DNA from: Tubiluchus corallicola
Taxonomy: Eukaryota; Animalia; Priapulida
Direction of reading: 5' to 3'
Assembly: GCA_030141605.1 (NCBI GenBank)
Contig: JAQGDQ010000548.1
Coordinates: forward strand, 62,001 to 126,000
Length of the DNA: 64,000 bases
Below are positions 14,533-26,760 of this stretch, in pieces; within the stretch, counting starts at the first letter, position 1, and each line of letters opens with the position of its first letter. A program made the position numbers and the translations under genes. The notes beneath the pieces were generated by a model. That model saw only the letters and a program-made list of their open reading frames with translations. It searched no databases and had not been told where the DNA came from.

Positions 14533-16664
14533 AAAACACCTAAAAAATGTCATGAGCCTGTAAGTAAACTTGTGTTTTTAATAAGGGGCAGCTGACCAAG
14601 TGACCAATAGGTCTTTCGCTGCTCCTTGTCAGCTGCAATGAAATGTAATAATAATTATGACGAATTTTAACTGCTATTGAGAAAATAAAATTGAATTGAA
14701 TTGAGTGGCATCGCTAGAGCTTGAGGTGCCCGCGGCGGCACTAGCAATGCTCTATAATAATAATAATAATAATAATAATAATTTTTATTTGTTTGCCTTC
14801 CAAATAAATACAACAAAAAACTATAATACCAATATTCAACAATATTAAAAGAAGGGCGGGATGGCAAAAGACCAAAATGGTCATCTAGACATGGTCATCA
14901 ACATGCTAGACACCCTTTAACTTCAATGTCTCTGTTCTTTCTATACTCCTCCTAGATGCTCCGTCCCTAACTAGTGAAACTTCCAATCACTGCATGGCTA
15001 GTATGCATAATTATATAAAAATAAATTATATAAGCATGAAAATAAATATTAAATGGGCAAAGAATTAATTAAGATTAACTAGGTGGCAGGCAATTGTAGA
15101 AAATACAATATCCTTCAATATCATAACAATTTGAACTGGAACATACTATTTTTTCAAGAGTGACTTACGTCAAAGAATTATTACCGCATTTTGCCATTCG
15201 CTAGTTAGATGGGCACAAGTTTTGCGTCTTGGAAATGAGTTGCTCGATAAAAACAGGCTATGGATGTACCTCTCAGTCCAGAAGTGTTCGTTTATGAACA
15301 GGTGCACAAAGAGCTGATTCTTGAGCATGTCACTAAACTTGAAATTTGAATTTTAAACTTCAAATTTGTAGAGTTTTTGTATATCACACCGAATGTTGTA
15401 CGGCAGCACTGTACTTCAATTTCTACTTTTGCAAACAAGCTCATGGAATTTCTGTCTTGTTGAGAATTATGTTCAGTTGTGATGTCGTTGCTGTTTGGGC
15501 TGGCCTGCCATTCATTAAATTTTTAACCGATTATTTAATTATCAGAAAACTTTGACTTAATTATAGGTAATGAAATATATATTTTTACAGTACTTTAGAG
15601 AACAAAAAAAGAGGTATATGAAGTAGGTTTCAGAAAAATCGTCTTAAGAAACTATATTACCATGTAGCAATTTTATGCACATATCTTACTTGCATTAGAA
15701 GGAATTTTTGTTTGTTTTCATTATAATCTCCCGCAATACTGTTCTGACCGCGCCATTACATTACGTCATCTACGCAAACGTGAATCAAGGGAAGAAAGGG
15801 CAATATTAAATTACATCCCAAAAAACTTTCCATGCAAATCTATATCACTTAGCATTTCGCTTACTTACTAGAAAGGCTTATGTAACTAGAAATGATAATT
15901 TAAAATGTTCGTGCCAATTGGTAAAATGTCGCTGACTTGCCCTCCAGGGCGCACCACTCACTAACCAAAAAAACGGATTTTCAATCTTATTGACAAGATA
16001 CACACGTAGCGGTTTTTAGATTGCATCAGGCATTTGACTTTCTACACTTCTGACAGAATCAACTTTTTTAGTCCGTCTGATCAAAGTGCTGCATTTTTAA
16101 AAATGCCGGCCGGGACATCCCGCATTTTAGACCATTTTTCTTACTATTTCCTCAAACAAATTCAATAGCTTAAAAGTCATTATGTCACCTCAAACTTTTG
16201 ACTCTTAATTACACACCAATACACTAGTATACACCCTAGTATAGCATATAATTGCGCACAGCGACATCTTTGCCAAAAATTTCAATTATCACTTGAAGGG
16301 CAAAAATGTTTTTACAGTAAAATCATTAATGCAGAACTTTTTACTCGATATAAGTCATTAAAAGCTACCACTAAACATTCTGAAGCTTATAATCCAGAAA
16401 AAATATTCACTTTGCGTGCTGTAACTGCTATTATGAAAGGGTGGGCCCAGGTCCCTTGGGCCTACCCTCTAAATCTGCCCCCCCCCTAACTATGCCACTG
16501 TGAAATTTGAATTTTTTATTAAGTGAAAAAGTGCTATAGAATTTTCACTGAAGGATTTTTCTTTGTAGGTTTTTCTTTGATACATGGTGGACATTTCACA
16601 CATGACCTGCGCTTGATGAATCATTGCAGCTTAGCTAATCTCTTCATGGATATAGTGAGCAAAA

Positions 16665-18302
16665 GTGATCAAAAGACCATGTTTGTTTGCTAAACTCAAA
16701 TCGACAGATTGTTACGGTAGAACAACTATCGTAAAGAAAGAGTTTTACTCCATGCCAGTGTGCGATGGAAAGATGCATCGCCATGATCATTTATCTACTG
16801 AAAGTATGACGTCGTCCGATGTACATAATCTTGTTGAACCAATAATCAAGATTGAAGATAATAACGTGGGCTGTAATCAGTTTCAAACATGGCAACATGG
16901 CTTACACAACGAAGCTTGCAGTCCGTGCACGAATGTGTCTATTGATATTAAATTGTTAAACAGTCGGACAGAACAGATGCACTTTTGCGACGCATTACAC
17001 TCTAGCAGCTGTCCTGCAACTGGAGATGGCAAAAATGAATCTCGTTTCCAGCACACGCTTTCAACGGAGGGTTACAAAAGAAAGAAAAAGAAAAGAGAGT
17101 TACATGTAGAACCTCGTTGTGGATTACAAGTAGATTTACGTGACAGATGCGATCCATCAGCTACGTCTACTATGCGTAATTCTGAAGGAAGTAATGACAG
17201 ATGTGCAGCTGCTTGCAAAAGTTACGAGGAAGAATTCGCCATTTTGAAGTTTTACGAACAAAATCCTCAGTTGAGTAAAAAAGTCGTAGCACGTAAATTT
17301 GGTATGAAACCTCAGGCGCTAAACGACACCTTGAAAATCAAGGATAGGGTTAAAGAAGAGCCCAAAAAGTTGTGGAATGCAGGAAAAGGTGATGCGGAAC
17401 GATTGAAGATAGTTTCTCACCCCAAACTATGCTCTTTAGCGAATAGGAGCTTGAGAAGGAACATCATGAAGCGTACGGGCAGAACGTACCAGGAAAAATA
17501 TGCCATAATCAAGTTTTACGAGGAAAACCCGCTGCTGAAAAAGAAAGACATCGCGTCCAAATTCGGCGTCAAACCTCAGACGTTAGTCGACGTTTTGAAG
17601 AACAAGGACGCCATCAAGGAAAGAGTTGAAAAGCCGCGCGACGCTAGAAAAGGTGCAATAAAGCGGACTAGAAAAGTTTCGTTCGCGGATGTCGACACGG
17701 CTCTGCTGCTCTGGGTTCAACAGCATTCGGGCTTGTACATCAACGGTGATTTACTGTACACGAAAGCAGACCAGCTCTGCAGAAAATTCGGATACCGGAA
17801 AACCGTCTCTCATGGCTGGCTGAGCCGCTTTAAAGAGCGTCACGGTATGGCAAAACCTCGAAAGACATCTAGACCCGAGTCTGTTGTTGACCATTCAAAG
17901 AAAACTGACCGACTTGAGTTGGTTTGTGACGGGTCAAACAATGAAGTTTCCGACGAATCAAAGAACAAATTTTGCCCTTCGTTAAGCGATGAAGTTTGCG
18001 ATTGTGATTACTCGAAACTGGAATTTTTTAACGAATCAGCTAGTCGTGCATGCGATGAGTCGAATGGTGCCATTTGCAATAACGCAGACGTAAAGATATG
18101 TGGTGTTGCAGAAGATGAGCATGATACCACTATGGTAAATCCACCTTCTGTTAAACAGGTTAAACAAAGTTTGAACGTTTTGCGCCAGTACGCTTTGTGC
18201 AGGGCAAACGCTCAATTCACTGAATACGTGATGCAATTTTCTCATCGTTATGATGAGTTTATAAAATGTCGATTTGGTGGAAGCAATGCAAGTTCAAATT
18301 AA
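16665..18302 (+). CDS. pogo/Tigger/CENP-B-derived DNA-binding protein (two psq-type HTH plus CENP-B HTH, no DDE domain)
   Basis: Two repeats, YEEEFAILKFYEQNP..VARKFGMKPQALNDTLK and YQEKYAIIKFYEENP..IASKFGVKPQTLVDVLK; then DVDTALLLW...SHGWLSRFKERHG. C-terminal PSVKQVKQSLNVLRQY helix. First ATG at 16752; acceptor ttctttgtag at about 16569; no TIRs seen. Confidence 0.8.
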   Translation: MIKRPCLFAKLKSTDCYGRTTIVKKEFYSMPVCDGKMHRHDHLSTESMTSSDVHNLVEPIIKIEDNNVGCNQFQTWQHGLHNEACSPCTNVSIDIKLLNSRTEQMHFCDALHSSSCPATGDGKNESRFQHTLSTEGYKRKKKKRELHVEPRCGLQVDLRDRCDPSATSTMRNSEGSNDRCAAACKSYEEEFAILKFYEQNPQLSKKVVARKFGMKPQALNDTLKIKDRVKEEPKKLWNAGKGDAERLKIVSHPKLCSLANRSLRRNIMKRTGRTYQEKYAIIKFYEENPLLKKKDIASKFGVKPQTLVDVLKNKDAIKERVEKPRDARKGAIKRTRKVSFADVDTALLLWVQQHSGLYINGDLLYTKADQLCRKFGYRKTVSHGWLSRFKERHGMAKPRKTSRPESVVDHSKKTDRLELVCDGSNNEVSDESKNKFCPSLSDEVCDCDYSKLEFFNESASRACDESNGAICNNADVKICGVAEDEHDTTMVNPPSVKQVKQSLNVLRQYALCRANAQFTEYVMQFSHRYDEFIKCRFGGSNASSN

Positions 18303-18489
18303 ACTTTTTTCACGAAATATATTGCTCCTGACTTAGGTAACATAAGTACTGACCTTAATATGGCAAAATTATAATGCATGGTTTCAACTGATGCAAAATG
18401 CAAGGCATGGAAAATTCCTAAAATGGATATTAATTTTATTAGTTGTAGAATCTGATGTACTATTGAAACCTTAGCTTAGTATTTTTACA

Positions 18490-18771
18490 TGCTTGCAAAA
18501 TCCATAGCAACCACACTTTCGTACGGTTGCTAAGTGTTTTGTAGAGACGCGACGAAAAACAATGGCTGATTTCAACATCGAATTTCTCAAGATTATGTTT
18601 TTCAGTGCACAGCCTGCACCTCAACTTCAACGTGGATTATCTCAGCTTAGAAATAACGTAGAGCGATGAATTTGGTATCAAAATGATCATCATGAAATGG
18701 AGATTCTGGATATGTGAATAACTAGAAAAGCTTAATAGCCGACTCATGGATAATTTTGCTATGCAAGCACA
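18490..18771 (-). mobile_element. Partial copy of MITE family A (TIR tgtgcttgc...)
   Basis: Reverse complement of the first part of 58087-58725. Confidence 0.75.
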
Positions 18772-21320
18772 CATATTGCAATTGTAATTTTAATAATGCG
18801 CAGAATACCGTTCATGTTGGTTTATCAAATCAAATGCATATGTATTAACTGGTAATCAGTATAATATAATCTATCTATCTGTCTACCTATCTATCTATCT
18901 ATTTATCTATACTACAATGCTGCGGTATTTTCTAGTGTACAGTAGCTGGTTAGGTAGAAATTATACATGTAAATTAAGTTTGGTTATTTTTCTTGGATAT
19001 TTTGAATTTAAGGTTAGAAATGTAAATGACTTCTGAATGATAAGATATCAACTGTCACTTTATCAAAGTGTTGTGTAGATTCAAAACACTTAAAGACAGA
19101 CAGTTGTGATATGTCAGTGGGCAGCTCGTGTATACTGTATATGTACTGTGGAACTGCAGCACCCCCTATAATATTATTGATAATATTCAATATAATAATT
19201 CTTTTTTTAGTTTTTCTTTATACTTGTGCGGAACCAGAGCATGTGAGGGTAGTACTGTTTGCTTGACAGCCCAGCAGAGTGCACTCCAGCAACGCGGTGT
19301 TTGGCTGTTGTGAGCATGCGGCCATGCGCACATGTCTGAGCTCAGGTAGAGAAAGTACTGTCTCTCACACAGTTTGTTGTCACATGCTTACCGTGAAGGA
19401 ACAAGCTTAAACTGCTACAATTTAGGCTATTAATAAGCAAAAACTATATTTTTTGTTTAGGATTTTATCAAGTTTATATATAAGCTTTCATATGTTTGTT
19501 TGTTTAAAATTACAATTACTAATCAACATTAAAATTATATATATATTAGGTTTGTTTCATATTACACAGTATTAAAATAATGGCTTAACAAACGTAGTAA
19601 AATTTGCGGGATTCAACTGACAACAACAATTAAAATTATTCAGACAGAGAATTGCCAGAACATGTTGCCAAATACATTTTGGAATTTTTTTAAAATACGT
19701 TTAGTCTTTAGTAAATATTAGGAAATGTTGAAAGTGAAGCACCAATGTGTAACTTGTCTAAAATATCAATGTTTGTATGAAAAATTAAAATTAAAGGGTC
19801 TTTCGAAGGCCTTTAAGAAAGTGATTCATACTCGTCCTCTATAATTCCTATATTTTGGGGTTATGTCCTATCATTCCTATAAAACTATAAAAATCTGCTA
19901 TAATTCCTATAAAATCATGAATTCTCAATGAAATGAGAATGTTACTGGTATTTTTCGAGCGCCTTCGATGCGCATAACCACAATTAGATATTATAAGTGC
20001 ACATCTTAATGGTTTGGGCATTTTAGTGAATGTAAATAACAGTTGTGTGTCGTGAAGTATGTATGCTTTTACAGAGTTGGTCTTCTCATTGCGTGATTGA
20101 TGTTTCTGGTGTATGCTCTAATTTGAAAAATCATTTACTTTTGCAGAGAAATTGTAAAAATCGCTGTAGTGTTAGGTTAAAATCTTTTGTTTTTATGGAA
20201 AAATGTCCTACAAATGCTATATTTTTTTCAAAAAATGTTCTATATTTTTTTAGAATAATGTCCAATATATTTGAAAAGTAGCATACGAGCCCTGGACTAG
20301 TTTTCTGAAACTAAAAGCAAGATAGGCTGTATCACTTTAATTTTTTAAGAGAAAATAACCTGTGTTTCCTGAAAAGCACCAGAATATTGTTGTATGTAGT
20401 AGAGAATTAAAATAAGTTTAATGTAATAGAGTGATGTTATTATAAAAATCTGTAGTCTCTGTGCACTACATAATACAAAATACAAATACACTATTGTGTT
20501 ATTATATAGAAGAAATGTGACACTGTCCGTTAAATTCTTAATATGAAAATAAATTCTAAGTGTTCATAAGACTGGTCACATAATTATTATAAGTTTAAAA
20601 TTACTTTGGAATTTGAAAAATTGTACTTTTTGAATAATTAAATACATTCTAGGTGCTGTACTATATGCACTAGTCAAACACCAGTACAGTGCGTCTTGCC
20701 TCTGCTCTGACAATGCCATTGCCAATAACTTTTATTATTAGTTTGGCAGTTTGCGACAAGCCATTGTGAAAGTCGTAGTAGGAAACGATTATTACTGTCA
20801 GTATCGACAGTTTGTTGATTCCCCAGATTGCCAGTTTTGTTTTGTCACTATCGTGTACTGTTTATTGCATGATTTGCGTATAAACAGGTATTAACAAGCG
20901 ACTGGTATAGCAATGGCTAGGTTTTTCACTGGATTAACTGCGTTTACATCTTGAGGGGTTTCTTTTATTTTAGAAAACTGTCTGCCCAATGAGCCAGAGA
21001 TGTGATGCACACTGTCGCAGCGATTTTATTAAAAATACATTACTTTTTATTGTTATAATAGTATTTATCTAAAATTGTTTAAGTTTCTATACGATTGATA
21101 TGGCCGGATGCGTATGATTTGTTTCAAGGATGCGTTTATTACCTTCTTAACTGGTAACTATAGTTTCCTAATTCAATATTTACGGTAGCATGTGTTGTGT
21201 GTTTTGGTCAGCAATAACCCACTAATCCTTAAGAATCAGCATGGCACCAATACCTGTAAATCCGTAACCACAGCTCTGATTCCATAGTAAGTAAAGTATT
21301 GCAGTTTTTTGATAACATAA

Positions 21321-21943
21321 TGTGCTTGCATAGCAAAATCGTCCATAAGTCGACAATTAAGCTTTTCTAGTCATTCACATAACCTGAATCTCCATTTCAT
21401 GAGGATCGTTTGGATACCAAGATCATCACTCTATGTTATTTCTAAGCTGAGATAATCCATGTTGAAGTTGAGGTGCTGACAAACATAATCTTGAGAAAAC
21501 TGCTGTTAAAGTCAACCATTGTCGTGTTTCTACAAAACACTTAAGCACCTGTACAAATGTTGGATGCTATGGGCTTTGCAAGAGCACATTGTAGTTATGT
21601 TTAAATCCAGTAGATGACTCTTCCTAATGAAGATCTGGACTTTGCAACTGAAAAAACCCGAAGCAAAATGACTGCTTCCAGGAGTTACTACTGGAGTTTG
21701 AAAATAGGATTTTTTTACAATTGCAGTACTGCTTTCTAGAAAGAAAGGTGGGTAAGGCATTATAAAATTAGATTTTTAGTATTTTTGAACATTTTGTTGA
21801 TAATTTGATGCTATAGTATAAAAATCCAATATATTTAGCGTTGGTTTTTATAAAACACAAAAAATTAACATTCGACCAATTTTTTGTTACATTCTACTTT
21901 GAAGCGTCATAACGTAGTGTGGATGGTTTTGGTTTGCAGGCAT
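21321..21943 (+). mobile_element. Copy of MITE family A
   Basis: Colinear with 58087-58725; right TIR degraded. Confidence 0.8.
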
Positions 21944-22226
21944 GCGTTGTTATTATAATAAGTGTAGTGTGTATACAAGTGTGAACAATGAAGATGAGTA
22001 GTTCTGCGGCCTCTACTGGATTGGTATGTGACTGATCTTTAAGTACTTGTGTGGCTTTGTACCTAAACCTGTGTGAGGTCACAGTAAAAGACACTTCTCT
22101 TTAAAATGTCAGCATCCTCATTGAAGAAGAAATTTGCATTGAGGGTGTATAAAAATCTAATGTGTTCACAGTTGTCTGATTGTGTGATGGGAATTTTTTG
22201 TGCCTCGTGTCACAAATGAAGTGAAT

Positions 22227-22747
22227 CAGGGATGAGAATTTTCCAAGGTTGCGCGGAATTTGGAGTTTTTAGAAGACCAGTAGTGCCATTTTTGTAAATC
22301 ATGTAAATTCGTAGAGAAAATTTTTACGGACACAGTACATTATTTCACAAACTGACCGCTAGTTGGCAGGCCGTCACTTTGTTTACATCACGTACATCAG
22401 TGTAACTACGTGTATATCTCTATGTATAAAAATATAGAATCAATTGTGCGGCGTTATTTGATTCAATTGTAGACATTTTTTATATACTTTTGCATAGGAG
22501 CGGCCAGTACTTAGGCATTTTTGAGACAATTAGGCATCGTGTATCCTTGATAGTTGGATATTTTAAATTATGCATGAAACAAGGTAATTGATATTTTAAG
22601 TCCACTTAGAGGTTCTCTATGGTCACAAAATTGCAATTTGTTGCTGGCTCCAAGGGGCTTTGCCCCTCAACCCCATTAGGGGCCTAGGTGGCCCCCCAAA
22701 CCCCGGCCTGTTTCAGAGTTTTTTGCAACTTGTCATTCTCATCCCTG
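22227..22747. mobile_element. hAT-like MITE
   Basis: 13-bp TIR cagggatgagaat ... attctcatccctg. No TSD seen. Confidence 0.5.
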
Positions 22748-23085
22748 ATATAAGAGTTACAAATTAAATGAATAGCATTTAGAATCAATTAATCCTGACC
22801 ATAATCTTAACCCTAATCCATTTCACTAACTAATTTCGTTTGTGTGATAATTGTGAACTCATAGCATAGCCATTAAACGATTACCTAATAGGCCATGTAT
22901 ATGTACTGGGAAACTGCAGCACCCCCAATTTTAATGCATGTGTGATTTTAAAATGGTTTAAAATTTGTTTAAAATTATGGTTTTGTGGTGAGTCAATCTC
23001 ATTTTAACGGCCTTTGCTTATTTAGAGGTGCTGCTTAGACAGAAGAGGACCAACTTGACCTCGTAGCAAATCTTCTGCATTAATC

Positions 23086-24684
23086 ATGGCGGACGAAGAT
23101 GAAATTGACTGTGCGCTTGTTAAAAGTGAGCCAGCTGACAATATAGTCAGTTGGGGTGAATCTGCAGATTATAGAGATACCTCATGTTTGACACATAGAG
23201 AGCTGCCCATTCGTGATGCAGCAATAGATAAGCAGTTAAAGTCTTATGTCTGTTGCACGGCGCCATCTGTAGCGGTGGAGAATGTTAATAATGATGATAG
23301 TGAGAGCGGGTCAAGTTTGATGCAGACCAGTATAAGAGACAGAAAAACATTTGCTCCGAACAATGTTGTCAAAGATGAACCTGTACTTATCATCGAGAAT
23401 TGTCACGTTAATGCTAAGGAACATGATTCGGAGCGACATTATACGATAGAACCTTTTTCAACACCAGTGGCAGCTTCTGTCAAAACAAAAGAAAGAAATT
23501 TTGCAGGAAAGGATGTAAATTATTTGCCAGTTCCTGGACAGCCCTTAGCACTTGACACTTCATCCACAAACCAAAACGAAGCTGAAATAATGATCTCTGG
23601 GATGCTTCCCCAATGTTATGAGGAAAAGATAGGAACAATGGAGAAAGTTAAGTGCGCCGAGTGTGAAGCAACCTTTTCTTCTTCACATACATTGAACAAA
23701 CACGTAAAAACTCACACTAAACGTAAACCATTTAAATGCAGCGAATGTCATGCATCCTTTGGATACAAATCAACTCTAAAAGTTCATCAACGAATTCACA
23801 CTGGTGAAAAACCATTTAAGTGTTCTGAATGCGAGGCACGTTTTGTTGATTCATCTTCATTAACCAAACATTTTAGAACCCATACTGGAGAGAAACCATA
23901 CAAGTGTAGTGAATGTGAAGCATGTTTTGCACATAACTTTAATTTTAAAATTCATTTGAAAGCTCACACTGGTGAAAAACCATTTACGTGCAATCAATGT
24001 GATGCAGCTTTTGGCAACAGACAAGGTTTGAGGAAGCACAGAATTAGTCATCAGGACAAACGACCATATAAGTGCCTCATGTGTCCTAAGACTTTTAAGC
24101 ATTATAGTTCATTAAGGCGTCACAAAATGACTCACAATGACGAGAAGCCTTACAAATGTGGTGTATGTGATTCTGCCTTTTTTCACGTATTTCATTTGAG
24201 AAGCCACATGCGAATTCACACTGGTGAAAAACCATTTAAATGCGATCTGTGCAAAGCTAGTTTTAAGTTTAATTCTAATTTAACTAACCATTTGAGAACT
24301 CACACTGGCGAAAAACCATTTAAATGCGTGAATTGTGAAGCAACTTTTACGGATCCATCAGCTCTGCGATATCACAAGTTAACACATCAAGATGAAAAGC
24401 CATTTAAATGTTTTACATGCACCAGAACTTTTAATCATCCAAAGTCTATAAAATACCACACTGATGCTAAAAAGTGTGATGTGTGTTATCTAATGTTCAC
24501 CTGCACATATGAGCTCAAATCACACTTGCTGCTTCATGCCAATACAAACTTATCCCAAATGCCACAGCTGAAGTCACAATTGAACATTTTTGGTGGTGCG
24601 AAGCCATACATATGTGAGAAGTGTGGCATGGCTTTTGGTTTCTCATCTCACCTAAAGTCCCACGAGAAAGTTCATGCAAAGTGA
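23086..24684 (+). CDS. C2H2 zinc-finger protein (tandem array with TGEKPF linkers)
   Basis: About 12 CxxC..HxxxH units and repeated HTGEKP(F/Y)KC. Acidic, low-complexity N-terminus; acceptor ttatttag shortly upstream of the ATG. Confidence 0.93.
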   Translation: MADEDEIDCALVKSEPADNIVSWGESADYRDTSCLTHRELPIRDAAIDKQLKSYVCCTAPSVAVENVNNDDSESGSSLMQTSIRDRKTFAPNNVVKDEPVLIIENCHVNAKEHDSERHYTIEPFSTPVAASVKTKERNFAGKDVNYLPVPGQPLALDTSSTNQNEAEIMISGMLPQCYEEKIGTMEKVKCAECEATFSSSHTLNKHVKTHTKRKPFKCSECHASFGYKSTLKVHQRIHTGEKPFKCSECEARFVDSSSLTKHFRTHTGEKPYKCSECEACFAHNFNFKIHLKAHTGEKPFTCNQCDAAFGNRQGLRKHRISHQDKRPYKCLMCPKTFKHYSSLRRHKMTHNDEKPYKCGVCDSAFFHVFHLRSHMRIHTGEKPFKCDLCKASFKFNSNLTNHLRTHTGEKPFKCVNCEATFTDPSALRYHKLTHQDEKPFKCFTCTRTFNHPKSIKYHTDAKKCDVCYLMFTCTYELKSHLLLHANTNLSQMPQLKSQLNIFGGAKPYICEKCGMAFGFSSHLKSHEKVHAK

Positions 24685-24899
24685 GAAAAATCCGTTGTAA
24701 CACTAAATATTAAAAAAACATTGATTGATAAAAAATCTGGCAAAGTTTTTTTTTATTTTACCTAGAACATTTTTTTCATGCGAGAGTCATGCAGGAAATC
24801 AGTTGGAGAGACCATGTAAATGTGACATAGAAAAGTACAAGCAAGAGCTATAAACTTTTTTGATGCTTAGAATGAACTTAACGACTTTGACATTCAGCA

Positions 24900-25745
24900 G
24901 TCTGAATCAGAGCAGTCTTATGTATGTGGAAAAGGAGGTCCTTCTGATTACATTGTGAGTGTGAATGCATTTGAAGTGAGTGTGTTTCAAAGTGAAACAT
25001 AAGTTTAAGTGCAGCCAGTGTAAGACAGCTTTCGTTTCTTTATGAATGTTATATGTGCACAAGAAAATTCACACCTTAGAAAAGTCATCTAAATGCAGTG
25101 AATTTCATGCAAATTGCAGACATAAATCAGGTTTAAAAATTCACCAAAGAACACACGATGGCAAAAAGCCATTTAAATGCAACAAATGTGAATCATCTTT
25201 TAGTAGAAAATAGCCTAAAACATCATCAAAAGAGTCACACTGGTCAGAAACCATCCGAGTGTAGCAATTGCTGGCAGAAAGCCATTTAAATGCAACAAAT
25301 GTGAAGCATCTTTTAATAGAAATGTAGCCTAAAACAATGTCAAAAGAGTCACACTGGTCAGAAACCATCTGAGTGTAGCAATTGCTGGCAAAAAGCCATT
25401 TAAATGCAAAAAATGTGAAGCATCATTTAATAGAAATGTAGCCTAAAACATCATCAAAAGAGTCACATTGGTCAGAAACCATCCGAGTGTAGCAATTGTG
25501 AACCACGTTTTGCATTGTAAACCTTATTTAAGAGTTCACCAAAGAAAACATATAGGTTTGAAGCCATTTCAGTGTTATGAAGAATCTTGTTTTGATTAAA
25601 TGCATAAAAATGCTCGTTAGAACCTGTACTGCGAATTGAAACCAATTGAAAAGCCAAACAATTGTAGTAAATGTGAAGCTTCTTTCACGCAGAATTATGC
25701 CTTAAAAGCGCATCAAAGAATTCACACTGGTGGAAGACCATACAC
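24900..25745 (+). pseudogene. Decayed C2H2 zinc-finger array with ~114-bp triplication
   Basis: Linker remnants aagccatttaaatgc and attcacactggtggaagacc with stops and frameshifts. Units start at about 25168, 25281 and 25395. Confidence 0.7.
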
Positions 25746-26490
25746 TCCTGGAACCAATTTCCCCATGGAAACTCGCTAGTTAAGAACAGGTGCCACCTCA
25801 CCTTTAGCTCAAAATTACATACCAGTATATTGATAACACACTACGCAGCATCAATGCTGTACATAACTTTCATTTGCTTTCTTGTGATGTTACAGATATA
25901 CGGCACCTTTAGGATTTAATAAATTGTTCTAATGCTTTTAATTCAGAGAAAATAAAAATTTATTGTGCTGTAACTCTTACTGTGAATGAGAGGGCTCAGG
26001 GCCATTGGACGCACTCCCTAAATCCGCCAACGATTATGAATGATTATAACAGTACCACTGATGTCCGGGCTGGCCCCATAGGTGGGCGACACGCTGTGGT
26101 CGTTGTGTAGTTGGTAAGCGAAATCAGTTTGCGATTGTTACGGATTTCAAGTTTTCGCTTTTGCACTGTCACATTTCACGTTTTGCTTCGCCTCGTGGCC
26201 CATGTTCTTGCTTTTGTTTTAGCGCGTTATTGATGGGCAGTACATAATAGCTGTGTGAGTTAATGTCGAATGCCTGTTATAGCTTTTGAGTTGGTGTGTA
26301 AACGCTTATGGTCCAGCACATCTTTGCTGTAATAATTTTTGTAAGTTCTTGTGTTGATTAAATGCTTATTGATAAAATTCTCACAAATCAATACGTAATA
26401 AGGTATAAGACGGATATGATATGTGAAAATTAATTGTAACCCACGAAGTTAGAATGGACAGTCTGCTGCTTTATCGTTCCCCAATATTTT

Positions 26491-26760
26491 TCAGTTAGAG
26501 GTCGATATTGCTTCGATGAGTGATTTGATTGGAATCCTGAATGTGCGAGAATTTTCTAGGGTAGAGCCTTGGTGGACTACACGTATTAGTGATAAAATTT
26601 GATTTAGCACCAATTGTCTGTTGTGCAGTTGGGATGCTAAGAAATTTTGTGATAGTCCTCTAATGCCGTAATGTTCCATTGTTTTCTGTAATATTACTAA
26701 TATATCATGCTGTAAAGTGTCGAATGGCATGGCGAGATCTAGAAAAATACCAAACACAAC
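26491..26760 (-). mobile_element. LINE reverse-transcriptase fragment (CR1/L2 group)
   Basis: FGIFLDLAMPFDTLQHDIL...HYGIRG...VHQGSTL matches the FLDLxKAFDTVxH / YGIRG / GVPQGS motifs. Confidence 0.75.
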
